NCBI GenBank assembly: GCA_965198355.1
Contig: CBDAPI010000015.1
Location: 33,965 to 97,964 of the forward strand
Source: Acidobacteriota bacterium
Lineage (GTDB): Bacteria; Acidobacteriota; UBA6911; RPQK01; CBDAPI01
Reading direction: 5' to 3'
Length of the DNA: 64,000 nucleotides
Shown: positions 57,929 to 64,000 of the stretch, piece after piece
Layout of the letters: each line of letters opens with the position of its first letter
Numbering within the stretch: position 1 is the stretch's first letter
Notes under the pieces: generated by a model
Told to the model about the DNA's origin: nothing
Databases searched by the model: none
What the model saw: only the letters and a program-made list of their open reading frames with translations
Position numbers and translations under genes: made by a program

Positions 57929-58939
57929 GGGTGTGGAAACGGCGAGCTTGGACTTGAGATCGGCCCAGAACTCGCTGACACTGTCGCGCCGGATCTGGCG
58001 GGCCGGAATGTCCAGGAATCCACTCGCGGGAATGACCCTGCGATCCCCTCTTACCAGCGCAGCCAGAACTCGAACCGACTCATAGCCGTAGCGGTAAGGG
58101 TCCTGGACGACGGTTCCGTACATGACTCCATCCTGGATAGCCTGCAGGGTCTGGTCGGCCTCGTCGAATCCGACCACCGTGATCTCCCCGGCCCGGCCCG
58201 CCTGGCGAACCGCCTCCAGAATGAGCGGAGGATTGTAGGCAAACAAGCCCACCATGGCTGCCAGATCCGGAAACCGCGACATGGCATCTTCGGCGTTTGC
58301 CTTGGCCTTGGCCCGGTCAAACTGGTCTGTCAGGGTTCCCATGATGGCGTATTTGTCGTTCCTCAGAACTGGACCGGGAGGGTCATATCTCTCGGGGTCA
58401 CGGGGCCGATCCAGGATCTCGTCGAGAAGTCCTTGTCTCCGACGACGGGCATTGTCCTGTTCGAGACGGCCTACCAGAATCATAATCTTTCCGCCCTCCG
58501 GCAAGGCCTCTTTCACAAGCTGACCACAGAGCCTTCCAGCCTGATAGTTGTCCATGCCGATGTAGCACAGCCGGTCCGTACCGGGGGCATCCGAGTCATG
58601 CGTAATCACTGGGGCGTGCTTGGCGGCTTCATTGATCAGCTCGACCTGATTGGCGGGATCAATGGGGCTGATCGCGATCCCATCCACGCCCACGGTCAGC
58701 AGATCCTGCACCATGCGCTTCTGATCGCTGATTCCCTCGGCAGGCATGTGCACCGAGACGTCGGCGTCGAAATCCCTGCCGGCGTGCTCAACACCTACTT
58801 GCGCGATCGTCCAAAAGGCAGCAACGCCGTTCGTCACATAGGCGATTCGGGGCTTTCCGGAATCCTGCGCCTCCCGGCTGCAGGTCACCCCCCCGATCAG
58901 CAGGGTGACGCCAGCAAGCCTCCAAAGTCTCTGCTTCAT
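57926..58939 (-). CDS. periplasmic sugar-binding protein (RbsB/LacI-type SBP) of an ABC transporter
   Basis: 337 aa. Signal peptide. IAYVTNGVAAFW..., ...GKIMILVGRLEQDNARRRRQG. The stop codon TAG lies in the first 3 nt of IS200, so the extreme C-terminus may be non-native. Confidence 0.75.
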   Translation of the reverse strand: MKQRLWRLAGVTLLIGGVTCSREAQDSGKPRIAYVTNGVAAFWTIAQVGVEHAGRDFDADVSVHMPAEGISDQKRMVQDLLTVGVDGIAISPIDPANQVELINEAAKHAPVITHDSDAPGTDRLCYIGMDNYQAGRLCGQLVKEALPEGGKIMILVGRLEQDNARRRRQGLLDEILDRPRDPERYDPPGPVLRNDKYAIMGTLTDQFDRAKAKANAEDAMSRFPDLAAMVGLFAYNPPLILEAVRQAGRAGEITVVGFDEADQTLQAIQDGVMYGTVVQDPYRYGYESVRVLAALVRGDRRVIPASGFLDIPARQIRRDSVSEFWADLKSKLAVSTP

Positions 58940-59102
58940 TTCTCTGCTCCCCTTTCGAGCGTATCTTAGCCTCGATCAATCCAGGAACCTTGGGTCCCTT
59001 GCTCGATTGTATCGAGGATCACCAACGCGGACCTGCATCTCAACTACCATTGTGCACCAAGCGCGAAACAAGTCGGAGGTTACTGAAGGGGGAGGATGCG
59101 AA

Positions 59103-59498
59103 ATGTCCTCTAACAGCGGAGTCGCCCCGGCTGGAAAACAGAACGGTGGCGACTCCACCAAAGAAACCAAACAGAAACGATCGATTTCACTGTCACAGGA
59201 CGGCTCTCGTCTGAGTCAAGCCGTGATCGCCTCTGTGGAGCAGCTGCGGACGCTACTTGACCTCATGATTGACGAGCGGGTCGCCGAGCTGCTGGAACAG
59301 AGGAACCGACTCCCGCGATTTGGCGATAGTGCGAAGCTTGGGCTGGCGAATATTGACCAGCAGTTGGGTGATTACACGAGTCGAAAAGTTCAATCCTGGA
59401 AGTTGATTGACGAGGTCGTCAAAGAATTGACGCGCTACGAGATCGAGAGACGCGAACACGCCAGGCTGCCTTTTGTGGGCGCGCAAACCAGCACATAG
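59103..59498 (+). CDS. hypothetical coiled-coil protein
   Basis: ATG at 59103 preceded by GGGGGAGG. 131 aa. No family recognised. Confidence 0.4.
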   Translation: MSSNSGVAPAGKQNGGDSTKETKQKRSISLSQDGSRLSQAVIASVEQLRTLLDLMIDERVAELLEQRNRLPRFGDSAKLGLANIDQQLGDYTSRKVQSWKLIDEVVKELTRYEIERREHARLPFVGAQTST

Positions 59499-59536
59499 TC
59501 TGGTCCTACTTTCCAGGTTCCACCTTCCACGTTCTA

Positions 59537-59818
59537 TCAACACTCATCGCTGCACTGCTCCCGTACCCGGGGGCTGTTGCCACAGGCGATGCTTTCCGTC
59601 ACTCCCGAAGAGATCTGAGCACAGGCCACGGTCATGGCCGCATCACTTGCTGCTTCGGCTGTCCTGCCCGAAGCCGAGGCGCATTCGGTGTACTGCCGGT
59701 ACTTGACACACACGTAACAGGAGACGACTCGCAGCTGCACGGTGGAATAGACGACAATTCCAACAAAAAGAAGAAAAACGGCGGGCACGATCAAGCGCTT
59801 TATTCCTGACATCAGCAA
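59537..59818 (-). CDS. hypothetical small membrane-anchored Cys-rich protein
   Basis: One N-terminal TM helix (LIVPAVFLLFVGIVVY), then 7 Cys in 60 aa. No family recognised. Confidence 0.4.
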   Translation of the reverse strand: MLMSGIKRLIVPAVFLLFVGIVVYSTVQLRVVSCYVCVKYRQYTECASASGRTAEAASDAAMTVACAQISSGVTESIACGNSPRVREQCSDEC

Positions 59819-59932
59819 CTCATAGTTTAGTACTTACTTGCAGAAATGCTAGCGTCCTGTCCCAGTTCGTAGGGCCGGTTCTCGACAACCCACCAGGTTT
59901 CCCGCTAGTCTTTGAGCTGAGCTCGTCCCTTT

Positions 59933-62900
59933 ATGCGGTCCTTTCTTGTCTCCAACTCATTTGAGCCTCTTGTCCGGGAAACGTGGAAATGGGTGGCCGG
60001 ATTGGACTCCTATGAATTACTTATCGTGGCACCCACACTGGGCAGTGCGGACGACTTCGTTCGTTCCCCTCAAGCCCTTGAATCCAAGGTGTCAAGTTTC
60101 CGTCGAAAGACCCTGCTGCGGCTGGCCTCCGAGCTGGCTATTCCAGAAATGGTGGAAAGGCAAGTGCTTCCCGTTACCGGTCTGGCTGTGGAAGCCCTTT
60201 GCGCCCGGGCCGTCAACGATGCCCGCAAATCCGGCTGGCTCTCTTACTTTCATGAGGTAGCCGACACACCCGGCATGTCCCGGGCATTGGCTCGAACTCT
60301 ACTCGAGCTGCGCCTTCAAGAGACTGATCTGGCGAGCCTCGAAGCGCTGGGTGGAGTTGGCCAGGATTTGAGCGGGTTGGGTCTTCGGTTCGAGAGCTAT
60401 CTGCGGGACGACGGCCTGGCCGACTCCTGCCTTACCTATCAGCTGGCCCTTCAGATACTAGAGAAACAGGCGTCGCTCTGGGGAGAGATTCCCATCCTCT
60501 TCTATCACCTTCGACCGCGCCATTCCCTGGAGGAACGATTTGTGTCCGCGCTGTCTCAGCGGGCCCCCCAAGCCCTGGCCGTGATTCTCGAAGCCGACCG
60601 GGAAGGAATCGAGTTCTTTTCGAATCTTCTCAAAACGGGACCTCGCCAGGTGGACCAGCCTGTAACCGGCTATCGTCTCGAAAGGCTCCGATCCTATCTT
60701 TTTTCTGCCAGTGTTCCTCCTCGATCCACTATCGACAACGACTCGTCGTTTGAGTTCTTCTCGGCGCCTGGAGAAAGCCGTGAAAGTGTAGAGATTGCCC
60801 GACGAATTAAGTTGGCCGCTGACCAGGGCGTTCGGTTCGACCAGATGGCGGTCGCCCTCCGGAATCCTGCGAGTTATTTGCCCTTGCTGGAGGATGCGTT
60901 TCGACGGGCCGGGATCCCTGCCTACTTCACCAGAGGTACCCGCAGACCTGATCCGGCAGGGAGAGCCTTTCTGGCGCTCCTGGAGTGTGCTGCCGAGGGC
61001 CTGTCAGCAACCCGGTTCGCTGAGTATCTTTCACTGGCCCAGATCCCTCCCCAGTCCGAGGATCGGGAAAAGGCTAGAGAGCTCGAGTGGGTGGAACCTC
61101 AGGATGACCAGCTCTGCTTCAAGACCTTCCTTCCACCGGGCAGAGCGGAACCGGAACTCGCCCTGGAACCGTTTTCGAGAGATTCACGGGATGCCTCGGG
61201 CAGCTTGAGAGCGCCCGAGCGGTGGGAACGCTTGCTGGTGGACGCCGCCGTCATCGGAGGCAGGGATCGCTGGAAGAGAAGACTGCAGGGACTCGAGAGC
61301 GAACTCAGACTTCAAATCAAAGAAGTCGCCTCGGAAAGTGCCCGGACCAGACAACATCTCCTGCACAAACTATTCCTGCTCAGGAATCTGAAGTCCTTCT
61401 CCCTGCCGCTGATTGATCTGCTCGATCGCCTGCCGACGGAAACGCGCTGGAGCACGTGGCTGGCCAGACTCGAAGAGATTTCGGTGCGGGCATTAAACCA
61501 TCCCGAATCGGTCCTCTCGGTACTGGCCGAGCTGAAACCAATGGGCGAAATCGAACCGGTTGGACTGGATGAAGTCCGTCGTGTTCTGGGGGAACGTCTG
61601 ACCCTGCTTCGGGAAGACCCCCCACCCAACCGTTATGGTCAGGTTACGGTAGCCAGCATCACGGAACTATGGGGTCGTTCCTTCGACCTGGTCTTCCTGC
61701 CTGCTCTGGCCGAGGGTATTTTCCCGAGGAAGGCGCTGGAGGACCCCCTGCTGCTGGACCGGCATCGCGAGAGCCTCGGAATCTCACCGCTTCTGACGCG
61801 CAGAAGGGCGGAGGAGAGACTGCTGCTGCGAGTTGCCTTGGCCACCGCTGTCCGTCGACTGGTGGTCTCCTACCCCAGGATCGATGTTGCACAGGGACGG
61901 TCCCGCGTCCCATCCTTCTACGCCCTCGACATTCTGCGGGCCGTCGACGGCGAACTTCCCAACCTTCGTGGCCTGGAGAAGCTGGCTGCTGAGACCTCCT
62001 CGAGCCGCCTCGGCTGGCCGGCCCCCATGGAACCCGCCGCCGCCATTGATGATACCGAATTCGACCTGGCTCTTCTCCACCCCATGCTGCGGCTGGGACC
62101 CAAGCTTCGCCGAGGCCGAGCTCAGTTTCTGCTCAAGACCAACCCCCACCTGGCGCGCGCTCTGCGGGCCCGGGCAGGTCGTTGGCGGCGCAGGTTCTAC
62201 CCGGCCGATGGACTCGTGGACCCGGGCCCGGAGACTGCCGAGATACTCCAGGGTGAGCGGCTGCGGGAAAGGAGCTACTCGCCGACTTCGCTGCAGCAGT
62301 ACGCGGTCTGCCCCTACAAGTTCTTTCTCTACGCCATCCAGCGGCTACGAGTGAGGGAGGAACCGGTTGCCCTGCAGCAGCTGGATCCACTGACTCGGGG
62401 ATCTCTCTTTCATGAGGTGCAGTTCCGGTTCCTTTCGCAACTTCGAGAAGAGGGTCGGCTCCCCGTGACGCGCGAGTCGGAGACCGAGTCAATGGACAGG
62501 CTGGACTCGGTTTTCGCAGATGTCTCCGGTTCAATGAAGGAAAACCTGGCTCCAGCAATTCCCAGGATATGGGAGAGTGAGATGGAAGAGCTTCTGACTG
62601 ACCTGCGCGGCTGGCTTCGCGAAATGTCCAGAGGTGGCGAGGCCTGGATCCCAGCTCACTTCGAACTGGCCTTTGGACTTGCTGACGACCGCGAGCGGGA
62701 CCCTGCCAGCACGACCCGGGACGTCCGAATTCTCAACGGGATCCGACTCCGTGGTTCGATCGATCTGGTCGAGACCATACCTTCGGACGACAAGACGGCC
62801 GTCCGGGTCACCGACCACAAGACGGGTAAACCCCTTTGGTTGTCCGGTGGGCAGCGCCTGGAGGTAGGTGGAGGTGAGGTTCTCCAGCCCATCATTTACG

Positions 62901-63205
62901 GTCTGGCAGCGGAGCAATTGCTGGATGAAGAGGTGGAATACGGCCAGCTTTTCTATTGTACGCGGCGAGGAGAATACCAGCGTCGTATTGTCTCCATTCA
63001 CTCGGGAACCTGCGCCAAACTCAAACAGGTGCTGGAAACAATCGACCGGAACCTGGAACAGGGCTTTCTCCCTGCTGCTCCTCGCTCGGACGCGTGTAAG
63101 TTTTGCGACTTCCAGTCCGTCTGCGGCCCTTACGAAGAGACCCGGATCCGGCGTAAGGAAGAAAGCCGTCTTGCCGATTTGAACGAGTTGAGGAGACTTC
63201 CGTGA
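59933..63205 (+). CDS. AddB-like helicase-nuclease subunit (PD-(D/E)XK nuclease with Fe-S cysteines)
   Basis: 1090 aa. C-terminal SLQQYAVCPYKFF..., GSIDLVE..., TDHKTGK (nuclease motifs) and CKFCDFQSVC. Followed by an overlapping UvrD-type gene. Confidence 0.75.
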   Translation: MRSFLVSNSFEPLVRETWKWVAGLDSYELLIVAPTLGSADDFVRSPQALESKVSSFRRKTLLRLASELAIPEMVERQVLPVTGLAVEALCARAVNDARKSGWLSYFHEVADTPGMSRALARTLLELRLQETDLASLEALGGVGQDLSGLGLRFESYLRDDGLADSCLTYQLALQILEKQASLWGEIPILFYHLRPRHSLEERFVSALSQRAPQALAVILEADREGIEFFSNLLKTGPRQVDQPVTGYRLERLRSYLFSASVPPRSTIDNDSSFEFFSAPGESRESVEIARRIKLAADQGVRFDQMAVALRNPASYLPLLEDAFRRAGIPAYFTRGTRRPDPAGRAFLALLECAAEGLSATRFAEYLSLAQIPPQSEDREKARELEWVEPQDDQLCFKTFLPPGRAEPELALEPFSRDSRDASGSLRAPERWERLLVDAAVIGGRDRWKRRLQGLESELRLQIKEVASESARTRQHLLHKLFLLRNLKSFSLPLIDLLDRLPTETRWSTWLARLEEISVRALNHPESVLSVLAELKPMGEIEPVGLDEVRRVLGERLTLLREDPPPNRYGQVTVASITELWGRSFDLVFLPALAEGIFPRKALEDPLLLDRHRESLGISPLLTRRRAEERLLLRVALATAVRRLVVSYPRIDVAQGRSRVPSFYALDILRAVDGELPNLRGLEKLAAETSSSRLGWPAPMEPAAAIDDTEFDLALLHPMLRLGPKLRRGRAQFLLKTNPHLARALRARAGRWRRRFYPADGLVDPGPETAEILQGERLRERSYSPTSLQQYAVCPYKFFLYAIQRLRVREEPVALQQLDPLTRGSLFHEVQFRFLSQLREEGRLPVTRESETESMDRLDSVFADVSGSMKENLAPAIPRIWESEMEELLTDLRGWLREMSRGGEAWIPAHFELAFGLADDRERDPASTTRDVRILNGIRLRGSIDLVETIPSDDKTAVRVTDHKTGKPLWLSGGQRLEVGGGEVLQPIIYGLAAEQLLDEEVEYGQLFYCTRRGEYQRRIVSIHSGTCAKLKQVLETIDRNLEQGFLPAAPRSDACKFCDFQSVCGPYEETRIRRKEESRLADLNELRRLP

Positions 63206-64000
63206 TGTCGAGTCAACCGCATCTCGTTGACGGGGCGCAACGCGAGGAAATCAAAGCCAACCTGGACGAGAGCTTCCTGGTCGAGGCTGCAGCTGGAACC
63301 GGGAAGACGACGGTGCTGGTGCACCGCCTGGTGGCTCTTCTGCAATCCGGAAAAGCGGAAGTAGACAAGATTGTCGCCGTCACTTTCACGCGCAAGGCAG
63401 CCGGCGAACTGAAACTGCGGCTTCGCCATGAACTCGAGACAGCGCGCCAGAAAGCACCCGATGCGGACGCATTGCGGAACATCGAAGCTGCCATTGCCTC
63501 TTTGGAGGAGGCTCGCGTTGGTACCATTCATTCTTTCTGTGCGGAGATCCTCCGGGAGCGGCCCGTGGAAGCCCAGATTGATCCCGACTTTCAGGAACTC
63601 TCCGAAGCTGAAGCTCCGCGCCTGTTCAAACGCGTGTTCAAATCATGGATTCAACGGAAGCTGAACGAGATGCCCAGCGCCCTGAGCCGTGCACTGGCAA
63701 GATTGAGCGTCCGGAGAAGCGGACAGCTTGGTCCCCTGGACCGGCTGCGGGATGAAGCCTGGAGGCTAGTCGAGCGACGGGACTTTACACAGCCCTGGGA
63801 GATCCGGACCTTCAACCGAAATCGGGAGATTACGGACCTTCTCGAGAAGGCAATAGAACTCGCCGCTGCCAGTGCGAGCTGTTCGAACCCAAGAGACAAC
63901 CTGCGCCTCGACCTGAAACCCCTGAGACGCTTCGTAGACGACCTCCAGCGATCCGTGGATCTGCGGCCTTCGAAAGCTCTCAGCAGTCGCGACTATGACG
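63205..64000 (+). CDS. AddA/UvrD-like helicase, N-terminal part (runs off window end)
   Basis: ATG 63205 overlaps the TGA of the upstream gene. Open to the window end. Walker A AAAGTGKTT, VAVTFTRKAAGEL, VGTIHSFC. Not in the ORF track because no stop is reached. Confidence 0.8.
   Translation, partial: MSSQPHLVDGAQREEIKANLDESFLVEAAAGTGKTTVLVHRLVALLQSGKAEVDKIVAVTFTRKAAGELKLRLRHELETARQKAPDADALRNIEAAIASLEEARVGTIHSFCAEILRERPVEAQIDPDFQELSEAEAPRLFKRVFKSWIQRKLNEMPSALSRALARLSVRRSGQLGPLDRLRDEAWRLVERRDFTQPWEIRTFNRNREITDLLEKAIELAAASASCSNPRDNLRLDLKPLRRFVDDLQRSVDLRPSKALSSRDYD

Overview
GC-rich bacterial chromosomal window. Gene content (Ser/Thr kinase with a PD40-type tail, ThuA, secreted NHL/Kelch/PKD proteins, redoxin-haem proteins) suggests a soil Acidobacteriota/Planctomycetota-type genome, by inference only. 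It is unusually full of insertion sequences and broken genes. Main blocks: (1) 1-3.7 kb: three small cassettes (GNAT, DUF1330, membrane protein), each followed by an attC-like imperfect palindrome. This looks like an integron cassette array, with no integrase in view. (2) 4.9-6.4 kb: truncated Ser/Thr kinase plus gene fragments. (3) 6.4-17.4 kb: polysaccharide cluster with 3 glycosyltransferases, an MsbA-like ABC exporter, two APH-fold kinases, an alginate-export-type porin and two sulfotransferases. (4) Secreted beta-propeller proteins sharing a C-terminal module. (5) 26.3-35.2 kb: RND efflux operon, with the MFP gene split in three by nested IS and an in-frame TGA in the permease. (6) 42-46.6 kb: FAD/Fe-S oxidoreductase and cupredoxin-like genes. 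(7) tRNA-Cys (46763-46838), then an integrase remnant and a 6-kb IS pile inside an Nramp pseudogene. (8) VapBC. (9) AddAB-like helicase-nuclease at the right edge. Mobile elements: six copies of one IS1380-family element (CTAG target), one IS5-like element carrying a nested IS110/IS1111-like element, one IS3, one IS256, one IS1182-like and two IS200 copies. About one third of non-IS genes are interrupted, truncated or frameshifted. Several frameshifts lie in homopolymers, so sequencing error cannot be excluded. Most long ORFs in the track that run antisense to these genes are shadow ORFs.
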